Below, piece by piece: positions 1 through 8,808 of a DNA stretch of 64,000 nucleotides. Source of the stretch: a virus. The stretch lies in the UHGV virus genome UHGV-0286546; one strand, 5' to 3'. Numbering within the stretch: the first letter of the stretch is position 1; the number at the start of each line of letters is the position of its first letter. The translations under genes were made by a program, and so were the position numbers. Below the pieces are notes generated by a model. It was not told the origin of the DNA, did no database searches, and saw only the letters and a program-made list of their open reading frames with translations.

Positions 1-390
1 AACCTCCAGAAACCTGATGAATCATTACTCTAGCAGATGGATAAATTCTACGATGACCTTTTTCTCCACTCGCAGCAATAACAATACCCATACTAGCAGA
101 CAAACCAGAAATTACCGTATAAACAGGACAACTGATTGATTCCATAATATCAATAATTGCTAATCCAGCTGTAACTGAACCACCTTGAGAATTAATAACC
201 ATTGTAATAGGCTCATCTGGATTTTCTGACGCCAAATACAAAAGCTGTGCTGTTACCGATTCTGCCAATTCATCTCTAATTTCACCTTGACACAATACAA
301 TTCTATCCTGTAAAAGTCTGGTGGTTAGAGATACAGCACGTTCGTTACCGTTTTGATCTCTATGAATAACTGCAGGCAATTCCAACATTT
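1..390 (-). CDS. clpP: ATP-dependent Clp protease proteolytic subunit (ClpP-like), partial. The C-terminal part lies beyond the window start.
   Basis: Reverse-strand translation from the ATG at 388-390 gives MLELPAVIHRDQNGNERAVSLTTRLLQDRIVLCQGEIRDELAESVTAQLLYLASENPDEPITMVINSQGGSVTAGLAIIDIMESISCPVYTVISGLSASMG. This is the typical ClpP fold, including the catalytic-Ser GxSASMG motif. An AAAGGA SD lies about 12 nt upstream. Confidence 0.85.
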
Positions 391-457
391 TAAAATTTTC
401 CTTTTTATTTGTTAATGATAAATTTATTATATATCAATATCAATTCGTGTAAAACAA

Positions 458-880
458 TTAATTTAATTCTAACTCAGATGATTTTTCTTCCATATCCATT
501 TCTGTTAATACAAAGGCTTCTCCATCTTCTGGGTAAACGCGTATAACAGCTTCACGAATAGCGCATCCTCTTTTTAATCTAAATGGTATAGTTTTCCACC
601 ATTCTTTAATAGATTCTGCTTGTTCTTTGTCAAAATCTCGAAGATCACCAAAGATAGCTACAGTTTTCATATATTCACTGGCGTCATCCTCTTTTCGTTC
701 AATAATTTCTACATCGAGACTACCTTCTGAGCCCTTTGGTAGATTAGTGGTTCCATCTTTACTTGGATTATACCAAGTATCTCTTTTAAATACTGTAGAT
801 AAATCCACGCCTCTACCACCGCCGATTGCATTATAATCATCGATCCGAATTATTCCTGTCACATGTGTCCAAGTGCTCAT
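458..880 (-). CDS. Hypothetical protein, paralog A of a duplicated pair (about 50% identical to 2045..2458).
   Basis: 140 aa. Shares WTHV(T/A)GxIRIDD, GSEGSLDVE(I/F)IER, IFGDLRDFDKE, EWWK and PEDGE(A/S)FVLTE blocks with ORF 2045..2458. No recognisable family. Confidence 0.6.
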   Translation of the reverse strand: MSTWTHVTGIIRIDDYNAIGGGRGVDLSTVFKRDTWYNPSKDGTTNLPKGSEGSLDVEIIERKEDDASEYMKTVAIFGDLRDFDKEQAESIKEWWKTIPFRLKRGCAIREAVIRVYPEDGEAFVLTEMDMEEKSSELELN

Positions 881-891
881 CTTTTTATCCT

Positions 892-1989
892 TTATTCTGC
901 TTTCAGAGTAAACGCTTCATCTTTTTTAAGAAGATTTAAAAGTTGTTCTTCAGTTTTTCTAATTGCAGAAAATACAACCTGCGTAGATAAACCTAAACTC
1001 TGAGCAGCCAAATATGCAGATTTTGTTTTATTATATTCTGCTCTAATTTGCATTACCTCATTAAAAGTAAGAATTTTTCTAGGCTTATTTGCATTCATTT
1101 CCTTATGATACATTGCATGTTCTTCTTTAGTTACATGCTTTAAATTTTCCAAACGATTATCTGAATGATCTCCGTTTAAATGGTGTACTTCTGTAGCAAC
1201 CAATTCACTATCACGCTTTTTATACGGATTATGTAAAAAAGTATCAGCTGCTAATTTATAAATCGCCTTAGAAATACCATTAATAGTAACATATAAGCTA
1301 TTTGTTTTCGTAGATGGTTGTAGTTCTTTTTTACTTATCAATTTTCTAATATGATATGTAGAGCAAGTTACACCATATTCATTTGTATAGTAATAAGGTT
1401 CACTATAAATTTGATAATCAGGAAAATTAGTAATATTAAACCACTGTGGATGATTACGCAAATACTCCAAATATTCTTTTTCTCTTTCTTTTTCAGCATC
1501 TGTCATAACGATAATATTTGATTTCTTAGTATCTTCTTCTTTGTTATCGTTTACCGAAGTTAACACTTCTTCGTTAGATTTAACTTCTTCCTCTTTTACT
1601 GGAGCAGTTAAATTAGATAAAACGCGTGGTTTACCGTAGCGTTGTTTTACATAACTACCATCTAATACAGATTCCATACTAACGCCTGTCTTATCACAAG
1701 CATCTTGTAAAGTAAATTGATTTTCCATGCTAGGATCATATGTACTATTATATTTATCAATATCTACTTGAGTCCAACCCGCATATTGTTTACGATTTTC
1801 AATTACGCGATTCATACCTTCTCTAACTGTTGTAGTTTTAGTTGAATGTCTTTTGCCATCATTTTTGACAAGTGTAATATCATAAATTACTTTTTTACTA
1901 CACAAACTAGATCTCACGTCAAAACAAATATATTTCGGTAAATTATATTTTCTAGTCATGTTTTTTCCTTTCATAAATTTTAAAAACAA
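892..1989 (-). CDS. HNH homing endonuclease (HNH_3/NUMOD4-type with C-terminal helix-turn-helix).
   Basis: Motifs YVTINGISKAIYKLAADTFLHNP and HHLNGDHSDNRLENLKHVTKEEH (HNH). The C-terminal sigma-70 region-4-like HTH is ILTFNEVMQIRAEY...LAAQSLGLSTQVVFSAIRK. The gene is inserted between two paralogous genes. Confidence 0.85.
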   Translation of the reverse strand: MFLKFMKGKNMTRKYNLPKYICFDVRSSLCSKKVIYDITLVKNDGKRHSTKTTTVREGMNRVIENRKQYAGWTQVDIDKYNSTYDPSMENQFTLQDACDKTGVSMESVLDGSYVKQRYGKPRVLSNLTAPVKEEEVKSNEEVLTSVNDNKEEDTKKSNIIVMTDAEKEREKEYLEYLRNHPQWFNITNFPDYQIYSEPYYYTNEYGVTCSTYHIRKLISKKELQPSTKTNSLYVTINGISKAIYKLAADTFLHNPYKKRDSELVATEVHHLNGDHSDNRLENLKHVTKEEHAMYHKEMNANKPRKILTFNEVMQIRAEYNKTKSAYLAAQSLGLSTQVVFSAIRKTEEQLLNLLKKDEAFTLKAE

Positions 1990-2044
1990 AAATACTATAA
2001 ACTATAAAAAGTATATCGTAAAACAGATTTCAATTAATAAATGT

Positions 2045-2458
2045 TTAAGAATTTTTAATTTCCATGTCTTTTTCAGTTAATACAAAAGATTCACCATCTT
2101 CTGGAATTACTTGCAATACAGCTTGACGAATCAAACATGTTTTACCACACCGCTTAGAAATATTCTTCCACCATTCTCTAATCGAATTACATTTTTCTTT
2201 ATCAAAATCTCGCAAATCACCAAAGATAGAAATAGTTTTAAAATAAGCAGCTGAATCTTCTTCATTTCTTTCAATAAATTCTACATCTAAACTTCCTTCT
2301 GATCCGGTTGGCATGTTCCCATTTTTATTAGGATGAGTCCAAGTATCACGAATAAAAACTTTCAAAAAATCTGTAGGCTGTCCAATCAAAACACCAAGAT
2401 CATCAATTCTAATTGTACCTGCGACATGTGTCCATACACTCATTATATTTCCTTTCAT
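2045..2458 (-). CDS. Hypothetical protein, paralog B of the duplicated pair.
   Basis: 137 aa. Clear collinear similarity to ORF 458..880. Confidence 0.6.
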   Translation of the reverse strand: MKGNIMSVWTHVAGTIRIDDLGVLIGQPTDFLKVFIRDTWTHPNKNGNMPTGSEGSLDVEFIERNEEDSAAYFKTISIFGDLRDFDKEKCNSIREWWKNISKRCGKTCLIRQAVLQVIPEDGESFVLTEKDMEIKNS

Positions 2459-2552
2459 AAAATTAAAACAAAATATTATTTACTATATCTTCTCAATAAT
2501 GTAAAACAAAAAAAATAAGGAGCTACTTAATTTCGCTCCTCATTAACATTAT

Positions 2553-3914
2553 TTACGCAATGTCCGAAGGTGTAGGACTATAATTTACTTCTTTATTATA
2601 AAATGGTCCAACCTTATCTAACATCTTAGCAAGTTTAGTTTTGATTGTTACTTTTTCAAGGCTTACTGTACCTTCTTCAGCTTCGTCTTTTTTAAGTAAA
2701 ATCTTTGTAATGATCTTACCTAATTCGAAACACATTTCTTCAGTAAAACCTCTAGTGGTGACTGCTGCTGTACCTAAACGAATACCCGTACAGTCAGAAG
2801 GCTTTTTATCATCTTTAATCATATTTTTATTACAAATGATACTGTAAGAAGTAAGTCTATCTTCTGCTTCCTTACCGTACATGTCAGTCTTAGAAATATC
2901 TACAAGTACTAAATGATTATCAGAACCACCAGATACAAAATCAATCAAATTATTTGTGTCTTCAGCTTTGATTCCTTTAATCATTGCTTGCATATTTAAA
3001 AGAATTTGTTTAGCATATTTTTTAAAGGCCGGAGTTTGTGCTTCTATAAAACATTGAGCCTTTGCTGCAATAGTTGCTTGATTTGAACCACCTTGAGTAC
3101 GAGGAAATACACCAGCATTTAATTTATTACATAAATCTTGATCATTCCAAAGAATCAATCCACCTCTTGGTCCACGTAACGTTTTATGCGTCGTAGAAGT
3201 AACTACATCTGCATAAGGTAACGGAGAAGGATGTAAACCGGCAGCAACCAAACCAGCAATATGTGCCATATCAACCATTAAATAACAAGATTTGATTGGA
3301 GTTTCAGGATTATTAGAGCCTCCACAATCATAATAAACGGATTGATTGTAATCATCAACCATACTTTTAATTCTTTCAAATTCAATGATGCGAGAATAAG
3401 CACTTGCTCCAACAACCAATAATCTAGGTTTACAAGAATAAAGTTTCTCTCTAATTTCTTCATAATTTAAATAACCATTTTCATCGAGGCCATAATATTC
3501 AGCAACATATTCTTTACTTGTATCTGACGCTGGTGAAACGTGAGTCAAGTGTCCACCTGCTGCTAAACTCATTCCAAGAACTTTGTCACCAGGTTTTAAC
3601 AATCCTGCATATACAGCTTGATTTGCTTGAGAACCTGACCAAGGCTGAACGTTAGCATAATTACAATTAAAGAGTTTACATGCCTGCTCAATAGCATAAT
3701 TTTCGAGCTTATCAATAATATGACATCCAGCGTAATGTCTACCTTGTTTAGATACTTCCTTAGAAAAACCCTCAGAATATTTTACAGAAAAATGTGAACC
3801 CATAAGATCTAAAATATCCTGTGAAGGGTAATTTTCAGATGCAATCAATTCAATATCATTATTGAGTCGCCAAGTTTCTTCTTTTTCTAACTCTTGCAAA
3901 TATTTATTAATCAT
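2553..3914 (-). CDS. glyA: Serine hydroxymethyltransferase (SHMT/GlyA).
   Basis: LIASENYPS, GSQANQAVYAGLL..GDKVLGM, GGHLTHVSP, VDMAHIAGLVAAG and the PLP-lysine motif VVTSTTHKTLRGPRGG, all collinear with E. coli GlyA. Carries an insertion of about 15 aa (YNQSVYYDCGGSNNPETPIKSC). Confidence 0.9.
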   Translation of the reverse strand: MINKYLQELEKEETWRLNNDIELIASENYPSQDILDLMGSHFSVKYSEGFSKEVSKQGRHYAGCHIIDKLENYAIEQACKLFNCNYANVQPWSGSQANQAVYAGLLKPGDKVLGMSLAAGGHLTHVSPASDTSKEYVAEYYGLDENGYLNYEEIREKLYSCKPRLLVVGASAYSRIIEFERIKSMVDDYNQSVYYDCGGSNNPETPIKSCYLMVDMAHIAGLVAAGLHPSPLPYADVVTSTTHKTLRGPRGGLILWNDQDLCNKLNAGVFPRTQGGSNQATIAAKAQCFIEAQTPAFKKYAKQILLNMQAMIKGIKAEDTNNLIDFVSGGSDNHLVLVDISKTDMYGKEAEDRLTSYSIICNKNMIKDDKKPSDCTGIRLGTAAVTTRGFTEEMCFELGKIITKILLKKDEAEEGTVSLEKVTIKTKLAKMLDKVGPFYNKEVNYSPTPSDIA

Positions 3915-3929
3915 TGTTCGTTTCTCCTT

Positions 3930-4940
3930 CTATATAAAGTTTTCTTCTAATCTAAATAAACGGGTTAATTCTTGTTTCTTTTTATTTTCATCGAATTTTA
4001 TATCCTCTTCTGTATTATAATAATCTGATGTGTATTTATAAAGCTGATTATAGAATTCTTTTTTGTTTTCTGGTGTTAAATAAAAAATATCTTTTCTAAA
4101 CATAGCTTGTATATCTGCATCAATTACATTATAGTATCCTTTTGGTAACGGTACTTGTCCTAAAAACATATCAAACCAAGTATTTATATAATCTTTATCT
4201 TTTAAATTTTCAAAAACAAGGTTTTTTCCATTCCTTAAAATAAATCTTCCAAAAGTTCCAATAATCATTTGTACATTAGCTTTAAATTCATCTGGATCAT
4301 TTAAATAAGCAATGGAGTCTAGTATGTCATATTTTTTATTAGCTAAACTGTTTGTCATATCATCTACATAATGCTGTAACTCATGTAAATAATTATAATC
4401 TGTATCCAAAAATAATTTTACGATGTCTAGCTTTGTGATGTTTTCGATATTTTCAACAAAGATAATTAAAGTTTTTGTTTCATCGTCATATCCCAGCAAA
4501 ACATCTTCCGGCATTTTATATTCATTGCGCTCAGAAAACTTAACTGTTAACTTTCCAAAGACTGTATCAATTGAAAATGAATGATTATTATCTAAAGAAG
4601 AGTATAGACTTGTTTTTCTAAATTCATCTATATCATATGGAAGTGAAGCCACTGATCCATATGTTTTATATGCACCAATCATATCTTTTTCATTTCTAGA
4701 TAACTTACTATATATATCTTTTAATAAATCTCGATATATATCATTGGCAATTCTTCTTTCTCTAGTTAATTGTAACGGATCAAAAGCTTCTGTCAAATAT
4801 AAGTATTGCTTTACAGGATATTTGGCAGGAATGGAAAAACCCTTTATTTGTTGTAATGATTTTTCTACTAATCTTCCTACTTCTGTTTCAGATGTATGTT
4901 TCATAGCCAATTTATATATATTGTCCAGGTATTCATTCAT
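3930..4940 (-). CDS. Hypothetical protein.
   Basis: 336-aa ORF tightly packed between the CofE-like gene and SHMT in the same operon. Confidence 0.5.
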   Translation of the reverse strand: MNEYLDNIYKLAMKHTSETEVGRLVEKSLQQIKGFSIPAKYPVKQYLYLTEAFDPLQLTRERRIANDIYRDLLKDIYSKLSRNEKDMIGAYKTYGSVASLPYDIDEFRKTSLYSSLDNNHSFSIDTVFGKLTVKFSERNEYKMPEDVLLGYDDETKTLIIFVENIENITKLDIVKLFLDTDYNYLHELQHYVDDMTNSLANKKYDILDSIAYLNDPDEFKANVQMIIGTFGRFILRNGKNLVFENLKDKDYINTWFDMFLGQVPLPKGYYNVIDADIQAMFRKDIFYLTPENKKEFYNQLYKYTSDYYNTEEDIKFDENKKKQELTRLFRLEENFI

Positions 4941-4951
4941 CTATTTTGTCT

Positions 4952-6019
4952 TTAATCAGCGTAATTATCAAAATATCTTTTAACGTAAACAACCGGTGTA
5001 CCTTTGTCACCACTTCCTGATGTTAAATCCATTAAAGATCCAAGTAAATCTGTATATCTTCTGGGTGTAGTTCCTTGTGATGCCATACTACCTTTTAAAT
5101 CATTATTTTTAGTTTTAATTTCTTGTTTAATAGCATTTGTAAGTTCTTCACCAGATAGATTTTTATATTTGTCATCGGCAAAATTTTTAATCTTAATTTC
5201 ATTTGGTGTACCTTCAAGACCAGAAGTATATGCAGGGCTTACAACAGGATCAGCGAATTCCCAAATTCCTCCAATAGGATCTTTAAAACAGCCATCTCCA
5301 TAAACCATTACTTCAACTTTTTTACCAGTTTTTCCGTAAAGATATGCTTGAATCCCTTCTACAACTTGTTGAGCAAATTTACGAGATGGAAATAATTTTA
5401 ATTTTTCTTCTGTAGCTTTATTTGAACCATAAAGTCCATATTCACATTTATCAGCACAAATATCTGCCAGAGTAAATTTACCTAATTTTTCTCCACATTG
5501 AGGATGTAATCTACAATCAATAGCAGAATCAAAATCATAATTTAATGATTCATTCGGTAATTTTATATAAGCGGATTTACCTTCTCCTTCTATAATTGAT
5601 TTATAGTATTCATCATAATTAATACCTGTAAATGGATGACTTCTATACACATTTCCAACTTCATCCACACAGTCTAATCTAAGATAAACCCCCGTTTGTG
5701 CGGCACGAGCAATTGCTTTTAAAATCATTGCAAATCTATTTCTGGAAAAGATAGGACTTACAACAGTGATATAATTATGATTGCCCATTTTATTGCGAAT
5801 ATCCTCTGCAATTTCATCAACAGTAACATAATTTCCTTCTGCTCTTGCTACTATGGATTCTGTGATACCAATAATATCTCTATCTTCAATATTATCAATA
5901 GCATTGAGAACAGTATCACAAACTATTTGACAAATATCATCACCTTCACGAATAATTGGCATAATTAAACCAGTTGAACTAACTCCATATTTTTTCATGT
6001 ATAAGCTTCCTTTTCGCAC
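4952..6019 (-). CDS. CofE/FbiB-like gamma-glutamyl ligase family protein (F420-0:gamma-glutamyl ligase fold) with a C-terminal extension.
   Basis: PIIREGDDICQIV...DRDIIGITESIVARAEG matches the CofE N-terminal PxIkeGDDL...DGDvlvvtskivSKAEG signature. TGKKVEVMVYGDG and C-terminal GSGDKGTPVVYVKR match CofE vTDtnG and GegGdGiPaVvvRG blocks. Confidence 0.6.
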   Translation of the reverse strand: MRKGSLYMKKYGVSSTGLIMPIIREGDDICQIVCDTVLNAIDNIEDRDIIGITESIVARAEGNYVTVDEIAEDIRNKMGNHNYITVVSPIFSRNRFAMILKAIARAAQTGVYLRLDCVDEVGNVYRSHPFTGINYDEYYKSIIEGEGKSAYIKLPNESLNYDFDSAIDCRLHPQCGEKLGKFTLADICADKCEYGLYGSNKATEEKLKLFPSRKFAQQVVEGIQAYLYGKTGKKVEVMVYGDGCFKDPIGGIWEFADPVVSPAYTSGLEGTPNEIKIKNFADDKYKNLSGEELTNAIKQEIKTKNNDLKGSMASQGTTPRRYTDLLGSLMDLTSGSGDKGTPVVYVKRYFDNYAD

Positions 6020-6118
6020 TATAATATTTTTTACGTGTTCTTACAACCATTATTTAGAATATTTTAGTTAATTATTTCTACCGATAAAATTTTTCCTTTT
6101 ATTTACTTATATTACACT

Positions 6119-6140
6119 GTTCTAGAAAAATAGTTATACG
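6119..6140 (+). promoter_or_regulatory. Recurring GTTCTA-box promoter-like element (GTTCTAGAAAAATAGTTATACG).
   Basis: In the divergent intergenic region 61 nt upstream of ORF 6186. Shares GTTCTA plus AAAATAGTTA with the site at 20365. Confidence 0.35.
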
Positions 6141-6185
6141 TTTTGTCTAATATTTTAACCTTTCTAAATAAAATGAAACAAATCA

Positions 6186-6590
6186 ATGGCCATTAAAAGT
6201 AAATTAGATCCAGAAGATAAGATAGAATTACTCATTAAACTTGCTTTTGGAATACCACCGAAAGATTTATCAAAAGAGTATGACTTATCAGAAGAAAAAA
6301 TTATTAATCTTAGAAAAAATAATTACTTAAAATACAATGAATTTTTCGATCATTGGAGAATCGATAAAGAGGTTGCGGTTTTAGATTTAACTCCTAAACA
6401 TGAAAGAGCTTTAAGTATAGTCAAAAAGTTTTATAAATCAAAAATTACAATCATTTCTGCAAATTCTATTTTATATAACGGTAAACCTTGTACAATGTCT
6501 GAAATCTTAGATATGGCAGACTATATTCTTCAAAAAGATAATATAATGTGCTTTAAAGATTTACCGCTTCAAATTAAAAATCATTATTAA
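6186..6590 (+). CDS. Hypothetical protein (early-like small gene).
   Basis: 134-aa ORF with an ATG start, first gene after a divergent intergenic region. A GTTCTA box lies 61 nt upstream. Confidence 0.5.
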   Translation: MAIKSKLDPEDKIELLIKLAFGIPPKDLSKEYDLSEEKIINLRKNNYLKYNEFFDHWRIDKEVAVLDLTPKHERALSIVKKFYKSKITIISANSILYNGKPCTMSEILDMADYILQKDNIMCFKDLPLQIKNHY

Positions 6591-6609
6591 AAAAGGAGAA
6601 TAAATAAAA

Positions 6610-7020
6610 ATGGCGATACAGCAAAAAGTCGTTGATATTTCCAGTAAAGAATTAACAAAACAGCAGTATGCCGAATCAACTAAAGGTATATATATGAATA
6701 TGCTTTGTGGTTGTAGATGGGACCCTGTTGATAATAAATATAAAATGGCACCTATTGTTTATTCTGATGTACCACTCGAAGGCGAAAAAGTTAAATACGG
6801 AAGTGGACAAGAATTCGTTGTAAATTATTCCTGTCTTGCTGAAGAATTTGCACACAAAACCGAAGTAAAAGATATGTGGTGGAAGAAAGCTCAGGAAATT
6901 GTAGATATGTATAAAGAGCAGTGCCAAATCGAAGACCACATCAAATCACACAATACAGATCTTAAAAAGTTACGTAAAGAAGGCGTACTTAAAGATCAAG
7001 AAGATTTAGATAAAGAATAA
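6610..7020 (+). CDS. Hypothetical protein.
   Basis: 136-aa ORF preceded by a strong SD (AAAGGAGAATAAATAAAAATG). Confidence 0.55.
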   Translation: MAIQQKVVDISSKELTKQQYAESTKGIYMNMLCGCRWDPVDNKYKMAPIVYSDVPLEGEKVKYGSGQEFVVNYSCLAEEFAHKTEVKDMWWKKAQEIVDMYKEQCQIEDHIKSHNTDLKKLRKEGVLKDQEDLDKE

Positions 7021-7301
7021 TGTCTACAAACTATTCTAAAATTAAAACTATTTCCGAAGACACCGGTTTAAAAGAATCACAAGTTGCTGAAGTACTTTAT
7101 TCTTACCTATGCTGGTGTCTTCAAGAAGTTTTAATATCCGGAGAATCAAGAACAGTCTTCGGTACTTTGTCTTTAAATGAAAATAATCGCCTAAAACTAG
7201 AAAACGATAAAGAAGGACTAATTTCGCTACTCGGAAAATCAGACATTAAAATGATTAGAAAGATTTGCGAAGAAGGACCAGACTTTAAAATTTTTGGATA
7301 A
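7020..7301 (+). CDS. Hypothetical protein.
   Basis: 93-aa ORF. Its start overlaps the stop of the upstream gene (TAATG). Confidence 0.45.
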   Translation: MSTNYSKIKTISEDTGLKESQVAEVLYSYLCWCLQEVLISGESRTVFGTLSLNENNRLKLENDKEGLISLLGKSDIKMIRKICEEGPDFKIFG

Positions 7302-7306
7302 TATAA

Positions 7307-7552
7307 TTGATAAAAACTACATTCAAAGAAGAAAGAGACCTCGAAGAACTAATAGAAGATACATTCGACCTATGTGTTTCTAATAAAGATGAAATATACT
7401 GGTTAATTTGTCTTTTACGCGGATTTATGAATATTCCGAATAAACGTACTGAATACTGCCAAGAAAACTTCGAAATAAACAGATGGCAATATCAACTACA
7501 CCCAATCATTGAAAAACATAAAAAAAGGTATCATCACAGTTGCTATGAGTAG
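7307..7552 (+). CDS. Hypothetical protein (TTG start, uncertain).
   Basis: 81-aa ORF. Begins with TTG directly after the upstream stop, so the start is uncertain. Confidence 0.3.
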   Translation: MIKTTFKEERDLEELIEDTFDLCVSNKDEIYWLICLLRGFMNIPNKRTEYCQENFEINRWQYQLHPIIEKHKKRYHHSCYE

Positions 7553-8021
7553 TGCAAAAGAATTTACATTATCACACGAAGAATTAAGTAGTAAAGAAAT
7601 GGTATATATTGCATGTACTATTCTTGAATCACGTGGATATCAGGGTTTTACTCAATTATTACAAATAGTAGACGATCCAACCATTATTCTTAAAATTATC
7701 CGCTTTCTTTATGGTATGGAAATTAAAGTACCACCTCTAAAGGAATTCATAAATTGTCTACGTGCTGCTGAATATACCTTCTGTGACATGCATAAAAAAA
7801 TTCACGTGAACTTATGCGCTAAACCAGTCGATATACGTAATTTCATGGGTATTACAGAAGAAGAAGAAAAAGAACTTCTACAAATCTTCGATGAATGGTG
7901 TACTTTTATGCATAAAAACGGTATAGACCTCACAAATATCATGCACATCAACCGAAACAATACCAAAAAACGTATAAAAATGAATGCAATAGGCAAAAAA
8001 TGGACTAAAAAGTTATACTAA
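7545..8021 (+). CDS. Hypothetical protein.
   Basis: The track ORF starts at TTG 7509. An internal ATG at 7545 overlaps the upstream stop (ATGAGTAG) and is the more likely start, giving a 158-aa product. Confidence 0.4.
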   Translation: MSSAKEFTLSHEELSSKEMVYIACTILESRGYQGFTQLLQIVDDPTIILKIIRFLYGMEIKVPPLKEFINCLRAAEYTFCDMHKKIHVNLCAKPVDIRNFMGITEEEEKELLQIFDEWCTFMHKNGIDLTNIMHINRNNTKKRIKMNAIGKKWTKKLY

Positions 8022-8029
8022 AATATACA

Positions 8030-8052
8030 GTTCTAATTATATAGTATAAAAC
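8030..8052 (+). promoter_or_regulatory. GTTCTA-box element (ACAGTTCTAATTATATAGTATAAAAC).
   Basis: 35 nt upstream of ORF 8071. Confidence 0.35.
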
Positions 8053-8070
8053 AAATAAAGAGTTAATATT

Positions 8071-8766
8071 ATGAGTGACGATTTTCCTAAATATTGGACC
8101 GAAGAAGAAGTAAATCCAGAAACAGGCGAAATTTATGATAATTCTACTGCTTTAATGCCCGTTGTAGAAGAAGAAGCTCCTTTACCTACTATAGCGGAGC
8201 AAAGAGAAATTGTAAACGAAGCAACGGATGTATCCAAAGAAAGTAAATCTATGCTCAACAGCCTCATAGAAATGAATACCGTTGCTCAAACTCTTGCTGC
8301 TATCCGTACAAATGAAACTGCTGAACAAAGACGAAACGTAATTACTGCATGGAGCGAAAACTTTATAAACGCCAGAATGCAAAACAACGTATCTGCTGAA
8401 TTACTCAAACAAAAATTACTCGAACGTCTAATTCAAAATCTTCCTAACCTTGACCTAGAAACTACTGCTAGAATCTACAATGATTTAACAGACGTTTCTT
8501 CAGTCGACGCACAACAAGCCTTCTCTGCAATTACCGGTGGTGGCGCGGCTGTTCCTGGAAATTCTGGAGGCATCTCTCTAACGATAAATAATGCAACGAG
8601 TGAAGGAGCTACAATTACAAACAATACTCTAAATGCTAGCCCTCAACAAGTCGGTCAACTAAAAGAAGTCAATACTTTAAACTCTTCAATAAAAGCCTGG
8701 AATAACATGCCCTTACCAAAGAAAAAAGTAATAGATACAGAATACATTGAAAATAAAAAAGATTAA
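8071..8766 (+). CDS. Hypothetical protein, possibly the terminase small subunit by position only.
   Basis: 231-aa ORF immediately upstream of the terminase large subunit gene. Acidic N-terminus, Gly/Ser/Asn-rich C-terminus. A GTTCTA box lies 35 nt upstream. Confidence 0.4.
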   Translation: MSDDFPKYWTEEEVNPETGEIYDNSTALMPVVEEEAPLPTIAEQREIVNEATDVSKESKSMLNSLIEMNTVAQTLAAIRTNETAEQRRNVITAWSENFINARMQNNVSAELLKQKLLERLIQNLPNLDLETTARIYNDLTDVSSVDAQQAFSAITGGGAAVPGNSGGISLTINNATSEGATITNNTLNASPQQVGQLKEVNTLNSSIKAWNNMPLPKKKVIDTEYIENKKD

Positions 8767-8808
8767 TTCAGTAGAAATTCTATATCAAAAATATTAAAAA
8801 GGATTTTC

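Noticed and set aside
627-836. Plus-strand 69-aa ORF inside the minus-strand paralog gene. The other short opposite-strand or out-of-frame ORFs in the track were judged the same way: 2333..2518, 2641..2847, 3278..3463, 4744..4983, 5004..5303, 5777..5968, 6676..6939, 7802..7996, 8182..8382, 10053..10473, 12689..12886, 13956..14141, 14692..14898, 15063..15266, 20512..20730, 21495..21677, 23030..23230, 24485..24667, 25569..25844, 26651..26908, 32740..32991, 33117..33299, 35928..36122, 36821..37165, 40361..40588, 41524..41796, 42450..42713, 42814..43116, 47992..48435, 52305..52562, 52309..52524, 54027..54230, 54510..54740, 56105..56296, 57877..58068, 60547..60854, 61903..62100, 62927..63109 and 63724..63951.
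   Set aside because: All lie entirely within, or mostly overlap, longer well-supported ORFs on the other strand or in another frame. They lack SD sites and have low-complexity, AT-codon-driven translations. They were treated as shadow ORFs.
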